DNA of 64,000 nucleotides from Patescibacteria group bacterium (GCA_028692765.1 JAQUWT010000002.1:34049-98048); one strand, 5' to 3'; positions 8,587-15,403 are shown, numbered from the stretch's first letter. Notes: generated by a model from the letters alone, not told the origin. Program-made: numbers and translations.

Positions 8587-10221
8587 CTATTTACTTAAAA
8601 TAATTTTGGTTCGAACATCGTCCGTGACCCCGAGCCAACGTAGATTAAGCGAGGTTAATACCTCGCTTTTTCTATAATCCTCGCCAGATTTTGGCGATTC
8701 TAACCTAGCCAATTCCGCATTAAATTTTTCCACGTTATTTCTTATTGGTAAAAGCCAATTATGATAAGAAATACTAAGCTTTTTATCAATTATCATCCGG
8801 TTCGAACCTAAAGAAACGAACAACTCTTTTTTATTTTTCGGATTGCCTTTTTCAAACTCTTTTAAAGCATGAGCGCAAAATCTAAAACGTTCTTTTGTCA
8901 GTTCAATTAATTCTTCCGGCGATTTTTTGTTTTCCTTGCTTGCCTTATCTTGTTTAGCTCCATTAATTAATTTATCTAGTTCTTTAAGCTGTTCACTAAA
9001 GCTTTCATTATCAATTAATTTTTTCGCTCGCATACTGATTAAATCTTTTTTCTCGGCTACTAATTCAACTAATTTGTCGCTTTGATTGTTTACAATAATT
9101 TTATTGGTCTTTTTTAATTCTTCCTTATCCCTATCTAATCTTTCTAAGGTCCAATTAAGAAAAAGTGGGTGCATTTCCAATTTCTTTAATTCTTTTTTAA
9201 TCTGTTTAAATAACTCCGGTTCGGATACGGAAATTTGTTGACAATTATTTCGTTTATGCGTGCAGTGATAATATAAATATTCTCTAATACCATTTTTACT
9301 TTTAATGTATTTAGTTTTTCTTTCAACGGTAATTGAGCAACCGCAAACGCCGCAGGTCATTAATCCTGAAAGAGGGAAGTCGTGTCGCTTTGGTCTTTTA
9401 ATACAACCTCGTTTGCCAACTAGCTCTTGAATACGATTATATTCGTCTAGAGTGATGATTGGTTTATGACTGCCTTGGCTTTCCTTGCCGTTATAGGTAA
9501 TTATACCAGCGTAAAAGGGGTTGGAGAGAATTTTATACCAAGTACTTCGAGAAAGTCGTTTACCGCCGCTTTTAGGCTGTTTCCTGGTCGTATACCCCCA
9601 CTCGTTAAGCTTGTTATAAACATAACTGGCGCTATAAGCACCGGTTAACATTAAATCAAAAGCTTTACGAAGCATCGGCGCTCGTTTCTTATCGGTAATT
9701 AATATCCGTTGGCCTTTTTCTAAACGCGTATCATTCAAATAGCCCTCCGGAGCAACGCCCGGCAACCAGCCGAGTGATATTTTCTTTTCCAGTCCTCGTT
9801 TTACATCCTTGCCAAGCTTGGACGAGAAATATTGTGATTGACTGAGAGCTAATTGAAGCATCATGATACCCTCCGGCGAGTTATCAAAATTATAGGAACC
9901 GAATTTAAGATTATAAATAACACCGGTGCGGACTAAATAGGTAATAGTAGAGGCGTCTATCTCGTTCCTTGACAATCTGTCCGGGTGCCAGGAGATAATG
10001 CCATGCGCCTCGCCCTTTCTAATCCGTTTAATCATTTCTTCAAAAGCCGGGCGGTTATAGGGCTTAAAGGCACTATGGCGCTCTTCAAAACAGTCAACAA
10101 TATCCAAGTCGCTAAAGAACTCTTTTACTTTATCTTTTTGGCTTTCAATGGAAAGTACTTGTCGTTCTTCACCCTCGGTCGATTTGCGGACATAGGCGAA
10201 GTATTTAATTTGATCGTTCAT
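8587..10221 (-). CDS. large serine recombinase (resolvase/invertase catalytic domain, recombinase domain, zinc ribbon, coiled coil)
   Basis: 544 aa. YVRKSTEGEERQVLSIESQ holds the catalytic Ser context; also HPDRLSRN. Cys cluster CGVCGCS...YYHCTHKRNNC. Long charged helical C-terminus. Confidence 0.9.
   Translation of the reverse strand: MNDQIKYFAYVRKSTEGEERQVLSIESQKDKVKEFFSDLDIVDCFEERHSAFKPYNRPAFEEMIKRIRKGEAHGIISWHPDRLSRNEIDASTITYLVRTGVIYNLKFGSYNFDNSPEGIMMLQLALSQSQYFSSKLGKDVKRGLEKKISLGWLPGVAPEGYLNDTRLEKGQRILITDKKRAPMLRKAFDLMLTGAYSASYVYNKLNEWGYTTRKQPKSGGKRLSRSTWYKILSNPFYAGIITYNGKESQGSHKPIITLDEYNRIQELVGKRGCIKRPKRHDFPLSGLMTCGVCGCSITVERKTKYIKSKNGIREYLYYHCTHKRNNCQQISVSEPELFKQIKKELKKLEMHPLFLNWTLERLDRDKEELKKTNKIIVNNQSDKLVELVAEKKDLISMRAKKLIDNESFSEQLKELDKLINGAKQDKASKENKKSPEELIELTKERFRFCAHALKEFEKGNPKNKKELFVSLGSNRMIIDKKLSISYHNWLLPIRNNVEKFNAELARLESPKSGEDYRKSEVLTSLNLRWLGVTDDVRTKIILSK
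8600..8636 (+). repeat. recombination-site-like direct repeat, copy 3, inside the last 15 codons of the serine recombinase gene
   Basis: ATAATTTTGGTTCGAACATCGTCCGTGACCCCGAGCC. On the minus strand it encodes LGVTDDVRTKIILSK followed by a stop. Confidence 0.85.
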
Positions 10222-10240
10222 ATATTTAATCTTTAAATAT

Positions 10241-10364
10241 CAAAAAGGGGCGGTCCTGAGGCTCCAACTAAATATCGCTAAAAGCAATACTTGTCGGCAG
10301 AACCGTCCCTTTTTGAGGGCAAGTATTAAAAAAGCTTTTAGCAATGATTATTTAGTTGGAGCCT
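10241..10364. other. nested inverted repeats with pseudoknot topology, 20 nt upstream of the recombinase start
   Basis: Four pairings: A 10241-10253 with 10303-10315 (13 bp, one G-T); B 10259-10274 with 10349-10364 (16 bp); C 10277-10285 with 10334-10342 (9 bp); D 10286-10293 with 10320-10327 (8 bp). Confidence 0.7.
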
Positions 10365-10383
10365 AACTACATAATACTATAAT

Positions 10384-10569
10384 TTAAGCTTTTTTCAAGC
10401 CCTTATAGTATTTGCAGTGTTCTGCCTTGGTCATTGGCTGATAAGTCATTCTTATTAAGATAATTAAGGCCTTTATTTGCTCTTCAGCCTGAGAGCGGTT
10501 TATTTCTTGTTTATAGACCTCTTTGTATAGCCCAATAAAGCTATCAATATCGGCTGGGCTTATAGTCAT
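10384..10569 (-). CDS. hypothetical 61-aa protein upstream of the recombinase on the same strand
   Basis: ORF from the track. Its composition resembles the recombinase gene. No motif recognised. Confidence 0.35.
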   Translation of the reverse strand: MTISPADIDSFIGLYKEVYKQEINRSQAEEQIKALIILIRMTYQPMTKAEHCKYYKGLKKA

Positions 10570-10656
10570 ATTTCAGCTCAGCGCTATGTTTTAATCAAAG
10601 GTATTTTTGAGTGTTTCCGAGTAGTCTGATTTACTAAATATTAGTTAACTATTTTA

Positions 10657-10712
10657 AGACGGCCTTTTGTGTGCCTATAGTCAAGTTAATATATATAGCA
10701 GGGAGGCCGTCT
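10657..10712. other. hairpin: 9-bp stem AGACGGCCT/AGGCCGTCT with a 38-nt loop
   Basis: Arms at 10657-10665 and 10704-10712 are exact reverse complements. Confidence 0.5.
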
Positions 10713-10714
10713 AT

Positions 10715-10795
10715 CTTGCCGGCCGCGTTTTCCTTTTTTGGCTCCCCCAAGGGGATGCCGCCAAAAAAAGGAAAAAACGCAGAGGCCGGGGCAAG
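10715..10795. other. 81-nt GC-rich imperfect palindrome (long bulged hairpin)
   Basis: CTTGCC/GGCAAG, GGCC/GGCC, GCG/CGC, T-runs against A-runs, GGC/GCC, and apical TCCCC/GGGGA centred near 10749. About 35 pairs with bulges. Confidence 0.6.
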
Positions 10796-10818
10796 TAATT
10801 CTAATCTAGCAAACTAGA

Positions 10819-11070
10819 GTTCCGCAAAGTTCGGTAGAAGATTTAGCGGAATTAATTTTAATCTTAGCAGGTGGGTATTCCCAAAAGTTCCGGGGTAAAT
10901 TTAGGGGAAGAAATTGACCTTATTTTATCTAATATTAAGAAAACTGAATTTTTAAATTTTCAAGTCTAAAAAATATATTAATTCTTTCTCCACAATAGCA
11001 AAACGATCTTTGACAAAGTTTGGTCAAAGATTTGGCCTAAGATTTTGGCTTTATTTTGGCTAATATTAAT
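10819..11070 (+). repeat. three degenerate ~55-65 nt direct repeats (iteron-like)
   Basis: Units start near 10819, 10876 and 11006. Shared frame: CAAAGTT..GG..AA.ATTT.G....AAGA..TT...CTTATTTT..CTAATATTAA. Each has an internal short inverted repeat of different sequence. Confidence 0.5.
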
Positions 11071-11184
11071 TATAATGATTTTATTAAAATATAAACAAAA
11101 ATAATTTTGAAATTTTTAATTTATGATATTATATTATGTAATATTTTTAATTATATTATTTAACTAAAATTAAATAAAACATTA

Positions 11185-11198
11185 TTGTAATATTACAA
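11185..11198. promoter_or_regulatory. perfect 14-bp palindrome TTGTAATATTACAA, 60 bp upstream of the HTH-operon -35
   Basis: The sequence is its own reverse complement. Confidence 0.4.
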
Positions 11199-11257
11199 AG
11201 ATAAGTTAAATATTCATATATTTACTACACTTTTATTGTTATCGGTATTTTAATTAT

Positions 11258-11286
11258 TTGACAGCGGTTTCGCTATTTGATAAAAT
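11258..11286 (+). promoter_or_regulatory. near-consensus promoter TTGACA-N17-TAAAAT with an extended -10 TG
   Basis: TTGACA at 11258-11263, TGA at 11278-11280, TAAAAT at 11281-11286. It lies 32 nt upstream of ATG 11318. Confidence 0.75.
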
Positions 11287-11317
11287 ATCACCATAAATCA
11301 TTAATTGGACAAAAAAT

Positions 11318-11545
11318 ATGGCAAAACAAGCAATCGAAAACGAAGAAGTGTTGAAAAGACTTAATATTCTTATTGCATTAAATCTTCAGTCGCTTTCTAA
11401 AAAAAAGGAGGAATTAGACACTAGAGGGCAGATTGCCTTTCTTTCTAGCCTAAAATTGAAAGCCAATGAGATTGCTGAGATCCTTGGGAAAACAAGCAAC
11501 TATGTTAATAAAGAATTATTTTATATACGAAAAGATAATAAATAA
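11318..11545 (+). CDS. mini-HTH protein, paralog 1 of 4 (75 aa)
   Basis: N-terminal hydrophobic helix LKRLNILIALNL. C-terminal HTH-like ANEIAEILGKTSNYVNKEL. Confidence 0.6.
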   Translation: MAKQAIENEEVLKRLNILIALNLQSLSKKKEELDTRGQIAFLSSLKLKANEIAEILGKTSNYVNKELFYIRKDNK

Positions 11546-11553
11546 TTAATTAT

Positions 11554-11757
11554 ATGGAAAAACAAGATATTCTATTTTCGAAATTAGATTTAATAACATA
11601 TTTATTGGTGTTAAATTTAAAAAACGCTGGCGTCATGGATGATAAAATTTTAAAAAACTTGGTAAGCATGTTAGTAAAAAGTGGTTACCCCTGGCGAGAT
11701 ATTAGTAGTTTTTTAAATGTTAGTCCTAATACAATTAGTAAATTAACTAAAAAATAA
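11554..11757 (+). CDS. mini-HTH protein, paralog 2 of 4 (67 aa)
   Basis: Helix FSKLDLITYLLVLNL. C-terminal WRDISSFLNVSPNTISKL. The start context TTATATGGAAAAA is shared with paralog 3. Confidence 0.6.
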   Translation: MEKQDILFSKLDLITYLLVLNLKNAGVMDDKILKNLVSMLVKSGYPWRDISSFLNVSPNTISKLTKK

Positions 11758-11762
11758 ATTAT

Positions 11763-11975
11763 ATGGAAAAAGAAAATTTTGATAGTATTTCAAAAAAATT
11801 ATCAGTGTTAGTTTCGCTCTTAATAAGCAACAACGATGGTTACAAGACAACTAAGGAAAGGATTGAGTATTTGAAAAAATTCAATTTATCAAACGTTGAA
11901 ATTGCTGAAATACTAAACACTTCAAAAAATACGGTGGAGGTAAATTTAACTAATTTAAAAAAAGTAAAAAAATAA
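11763..11975 (+). CDS. mini-HTH protein, paralog 3 of 4 (70 aa)
   Basis: Helix ISKKLSVLVSLLI. C-terminal NVEIAEILNTSKNTVEVNL, similar to sigma70 region 4 / LuxR-type HTH. Confidence 0.6.
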   Translation: MEKENFDSISKKLSVLVSLLISNNDGYKTTKERIEYLKKFNLSNVEIAEILNTSKNTVEVNLTNLKKVKK

Positions 11976-11979
11976 TAAT

Positions 11980-12219
11980 ATGAATAGCGAAGAAGAGATT
12001 TTAAAAATTTCAAAAAAATTAAACGTTTTAATCGCTTTTTCTATACGTCAGCTATTTAATGATGCAGATTTTTCAAACAAATCTAGAAATAAGAATGGAT
12101 TAGGAGATTTAGCTCGACACCTTAGTAATATGGGGCTCGATCCTAATGATATTTCCGAAATAGTTGGTTCTCCTGTGCAAAGTATTAGAACTTTATTAAC
12201 CCCAAAAAGACAAAAATAA
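11980..12219 (+). CDS. mini-HTH protein, paralog 4 of 4 (79 aa)
   Basis: Helix ISKKLNVLIAFSI. C-terminal PNDISEIVGSPVQSIRTLL. Confidence 0.6.
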   Translation: MNSEEEILKISKKLNVLIAFSIRQLFNDADFSNKSRNKNGLGDLARHLSNMGLDPNDISEIVGSPVQSIRTLLTPKRQK

Positions 12220-12220
12220 T

Positions 12221-12952
12221 ATGTCATCTAAACGTCTTGACCGGGGCTTGATGTCAAAAATTGCAAAAAAAATTGGCGAAAAAAATATTTATCGCATCAA
12301 TGTGATAGTTAGCAAACAGGCATCAAAATTAGGAATATCTTCCGAGGCATCCTTAGTATTGTTAGCAAAAAAATACGGAATCGGTGTATCTACATATCAG
12401 AAAAGTTTAGACAGTATAAAACAGACAGAAATCAGAGATTCAATGTTGACGATGATAACACCTGTACAGACAAAAATAAGTTTATCAACTAATAAGATTT
12501 CTAATAGTATAAAAAGTGTCTCTAACAAAAAGTCTTCTCTAAAACTCGCCATAGAGTATTTAATAGAAGATAAGGAGTTGTTGGATAGATGCGGGGATAT
12601 TTTATTGGCTTCAAAAAATTTTGACAGACCAATTAACCAGGCAACTCTTGTTCTGGAAGATAGAATCAGAACAAAGTCGCAACCAACAAAGAAATTGGTT
12701 GGCGAGAATTTAGTCGGCTACGCATTTAATGAAGATATTTCCAAATCGGTGCTCAAAGTAGAAAGCATGGATTCAGAAGATCAGAGAGGTTTTACACAAA
12801 TTTTAAGAGGAATATTTCCACTATTCAGAAACAAAACCCATCACCATGTAATTAAAAGCTTTTCAAGGGAAGAAGCTATGAGAGTATGTGGTTTTATTGA
12901 TGTAATTTTACGTATTGTAGATAAATCAAATAAAACAACGGAAAAACAATAA
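12221..12952 (+). CDS. protein with a C-terminal Hypoth_Ymh (TIGR02391)-like domain
   Basis: 243 aa. The C-terminal segment LVGENLVGYAF...GFTQILRGIFPLFRNKTHHH matches my recollection of the RN..aH signature of that family. ATG lies 1 nt after the paralog 4 stop. Confidence 0.5.
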   Translation: MSSKRLDRGLMSKIAKKIGEKNIYRINVIVSKQASKLGISSEASLVLLAKKYGIGVSTYQKSLDSIKQTEIRDSMLTMITPVQTKISLSTNKISNSIKSVSNKKSSLKLAIEYLIEDKELLDRCGDILLASKNFDRPINQATLVLEDRIRTKSQPTKKLVGENLVGYAFNEDISKSVLKVESMDSEDQRGFTQILRGIFPLFRNKTHHHVIKSFSREEAMRVCGFIDVILRIVDKSNKTTEKQ

Positions 12953-12976
12953 TTTTTAATATCCGTAAGATTATTT

Positions 12977-13005
12977 TTGACTTTTAGCCTATAAAATCAT
13001 AAAAT
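12977..13005 (+). promoter_or_regulatory. promoter TTGACT-N17-TAAAAT upstream of the Type II methyltransferase
   Basis: TTGACT at 12977-12982 and TAAAAT at 13000-13005. Confidence 0.6.
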
Positions 13006-13056
13006 TAGGTCAAAGAATAAGACTTTATCTTTTCTTCATATCCAATTTGCTATAAT

Positions 13057-13917
13057 ATGACTACCTCAAAAAAGGCCGTAAAAACTAAGAAAAAAAGCAA
13101 AAAAATGCTAGATCCATTTTTTAAGGATAAGGACTTTAAATTGTACCAAGCCAATAGCTTGGAGTTTTTAGCTACTTTGCCGGAGAACTCAGTTGACATG
13201 ATATTTGCCGATCCGCCATATATGCTTTCTAATGGCGGGTTTTCCGTTCATGCCGGCCGGATGGTCAGCGTTAATAAAGGTGAATGGGACGTTAGTAATG
13301 GTCTAAAAAAGGATTTTGAATTTCAACTAGCCTGGATTAAAGCTTGTCATAGAGTTTTAAAGCCAGGAGGCACGATTTGGATTTCTGGTACATATCACTC
13401 AATTTATCAATGTGGTTTTGCTCTCCAGGTGAGCAAATTCCACATCCTAAACGATATTGCTTGGTTTAAGCCTAATGCCTCGCCAAACTTAAGCTGTCGC
13501 TTTTTTACAGCTAGTCACGAGACTTTAATTTGGGCGAGAAAAGAATTAGTCCATCCTAAAACCGGTAAAGCAATAACCACCAAACATAAATTTAATTATG
13601 ACTTAATGAAAAATGGCAATTGGCCGGAAGACTTTTTGAAAAAGCCAAATCTTCAAATGCGTAGCGTTTGGTCTATGGGCACTCCGAAACCGGCAGAAAA
13701 GAAGTTTGGTAAGCACCCGACCCAGAAACCGATTGATCTATTGGTTCGCATTGTTATGGCCAGCACTGATAAAGGCGATATAGTTATTGATCCGTTTACC
13801 GGCTCGTCAACGACCGGTTTAGCCTGTGCTCTTAATGGCCGTAAATTTATTGGCATTGATTTAGAGAAGAAATATCTGGAATTATCGGTTAAGAGGTATA
13901 AGGATTTAATAAAATAA
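13057..13917 (+). CDS. beta-class DNA methyltransferase (N6-adenine or N4-cytosine)
   Basis: 286 aa. Motif IV FADPPY precedes motif I IDPFTGSSTTG. Also FTASHETLIWA. Confidence 0.85.
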   Translation: MTTSKKAVKTKKKSKKMLDPFFKDKDFKLYQANSLEFLATLPENSVDMIFADPPYMLSNGGFSVHAGRMVSVNKGEWDVSNGLKKDFEFQLAWIKACHRVLKPGGTIWISGTYHSIYQCGFALQVSKFHILNDIAWFKPNASPNLSCRFFTASHETLIWARKELVHPKTGKAITTKHKFNYDLMKNGNWPEDFLKKPNLQMRSVWSMGTPKPAEKKFGKHPTQKPIDLLVRIVMASTDKGDIVIDPFTGSSTTGLACALNGRKFIGIDLEKKYLELSVKRYKDLIK

Positions 13918-13929
13918 TCTATTAAATTT

Positions 13930-14457
13930 ATGATAAAAGGCGGCTTTGGCGGAGCTAATACAAAAACCGGTCTTCACTTTGAAGAAGAATCCGATTTTTT
14001 AAATTTAATTAGGAAACAAAAGGGCTATAAGGTTGAGAAAAATGTCGTTTTCTATAATGGCAAGAAAGTAGCCATGACTTTTAAGAAACATGAACTTTAT
14101 AGATATCTAGAAACCGAGGGAATTGATTATAAGCAATATATTTCTAAAAAAATATTGCCGGATGACGCTATTTTCGTAATAACTAACAATACGCTATTTA
14201 TTATTGAGATAAAATTTCAGCATATTGCTGGATCGACTGACGAAAAATTACAAACTTGCGATTTTAAGATAAAACAATACCGTAAATTGTTAGCTAAATT
14301 AAATGTTGAAGTCCAGTATATTTATGTTTTAAATAAATGGTTTGAAAAACCTGAATACAAAGACGTCTTGGATTATATTATTTCTATTAATGGTTGCTCA
14401 TTTTATTTTGAGTATTTGCCGTTACAAAAATTGGGTTTACCCGTGCCTAAAAAATAA
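13930..14457 (+). CDS. putative Type II restriction endonuclease (PD-(D/E)xK)
   Basis: 175 aa, 12 nt downstream of the MTase. LPDDAIFVITNNTLFIIEIKFQ gives a D...ExK arrangement. Confidence 0.55.
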   Translation: MIKGGFGGANTKTGLHFEEESDFLNLIRKQKGYKVEKNVVFYNGKKVAMTFKKHELYRYLETEGIDYKQYISKKILPDDAIFVITNNTLFIIEIKFQHIAGSTDEKLQTCDFKIKQYRKLLAKLNVEVQYIYVLNKWFEKPEYKDVLDYIISINGCSFYFEYLPLQKLGLPVPKK

Positions 14458-14458
14458 T

Positions 14459-15403
14459 ATGCCAATTATTCAAAAAATACAAAAAGTGCCATTGAGGGAA
14501 ATCTGGAAGAAAGAGGATAAAGATTTTACTAAGTGGCTTGAAGAAAATATTGATTACCTTGCTGATGTCTTAGGATTTGAATTTAGCGTTATTTCTAGCG
14601 AAGAGGCGGTAGGGCCATTTAAAGTAGATTTATACGGCGAGGACATTTCCGGTGAAAAAGTTATAGTAGAAAATCAACTTGAAAGAACTGACCATACTCA
14701 CTTGGGCCAAGTTATAACCTATCTAGTTAATTTAGGGGCTAAAACCGCTATTTGGATTGCGAGTGATCCAAATGAAGAACACGCTAAGGCTATAGATTGG
14801 CTAAACGAAGTGACTCCTGACGATATCTCATTTTACCTTGTTAAATTAGAAGCTATTAAAATAGGGGATGATTCATCATCCGCTCCTTTATTTACCGTTA
14901 TTAAAAGACCGACAAGAGAGAAGAAACAACTAGGTGCAGAGAAAAAGGAATATGCCGAAAGGCACGTTTTACGAGAGAAATTTTGGGGACAATTTTTAGA
15001 AGACATTAATTCTAAATACCCATTTTGTTCTAATATTAACCCCAGTACTGATAACTGGATAGCAGTAGCCCTTGGCATGAGCGGAGTCTCTGCTAATTTA
15101 GTTATTTCTAAAAAGTATGCCAGGGTTGAAATATATATCAATAGAGGAGACAAGGAAGAAAATAAGAAAATTTTTGATTATTTTTATGCAATAAAGGATG
15201 AAATTGAATCAGGTTTTGGTGATAATCTTATCTGGGAAAGAATGGAGGATAATGTTACTTCTAGAATTAAATATCAATTAGACGGAGTTGATGTTTCCGA
15301 TGAAGCAGACTGGCCAAAAATGAATAAATTTCTAATTGATGTAGTCGTAAGAATGATGAAATCTTTTAAAGAACCAGTGCGAAAATTAAGAAGTAAAATT
15401 TAG
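14459..15403 (+). CDS. NucS-like PD-(D/E)xK nuclease domain plus DUF4268-like C-terminal domain
   Basis: ATG 14459 lies 1 nt after the upstream stop; the track start at 14342 overlaps the endonuclease. N-terminal VDLYGED...VIVENQLERTDHTHLGQVITY. Confidence 0.5.
   Translation: MPIIQKIQKVPLREIWKKEDKDFTKWLEENIDYLADVLGFEFSVISSEEAVGPFKVDLYGEDISGEKVIVENQLERTDHTHLGQVITYLVNLGAKTAIWIASDPNEEHAKAIDWLNEVTPDDISFYLVKLEAIKIGDDSSSAPLFTVIKRPTREKKQLGAEKKEYAERHVLREKFWGQFLEDINSKYPFCSNINPSTDNWIAVALGMSGVSANLVISKKYARVEIYINRGDKEENKKIFDYFYAIKDEIESGFGDNLIWERMEDNVTSRIKYQLDGVDVSDEADWPKMNKFLIDVVVRMMKSFKEPVRKLRSKI

Noticed and set aside
7542-8636. Regularly spaced direct repeats might be a CRISPR array.
   Set aside because: There are only three copies, spaced 521-537 bp apart. 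Each interval holds a promoter, an ORF and a terminator. No cas genes are present. This is not CRISPR geometry.
10984-10994. DnaA-box-like 8/9 matches (TTCTCCACA near 10986; TTATCCACC at 35008-35016) might indicate a replication origin.
   Set aside because: These are single isolated near-matches with no cluster. The second sits in the loop region of the hsp20 leader hairpin. This is insufficient to call an origin.
14342-14458. N-terminal extensions in the ORF track that begin at non-ATG codons (14342, 8133, 1313, 18736, 22946, 24150, 34977, 50009, 60110, 56900, 26469).
   Set aside because: These extensions overlap upstream genes, promoters or terminators. Internal ATGs give canonical N-termini such as signal peptides and conserved first motifs. 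The shorter starts were used, with residual uncertainty at 56957.
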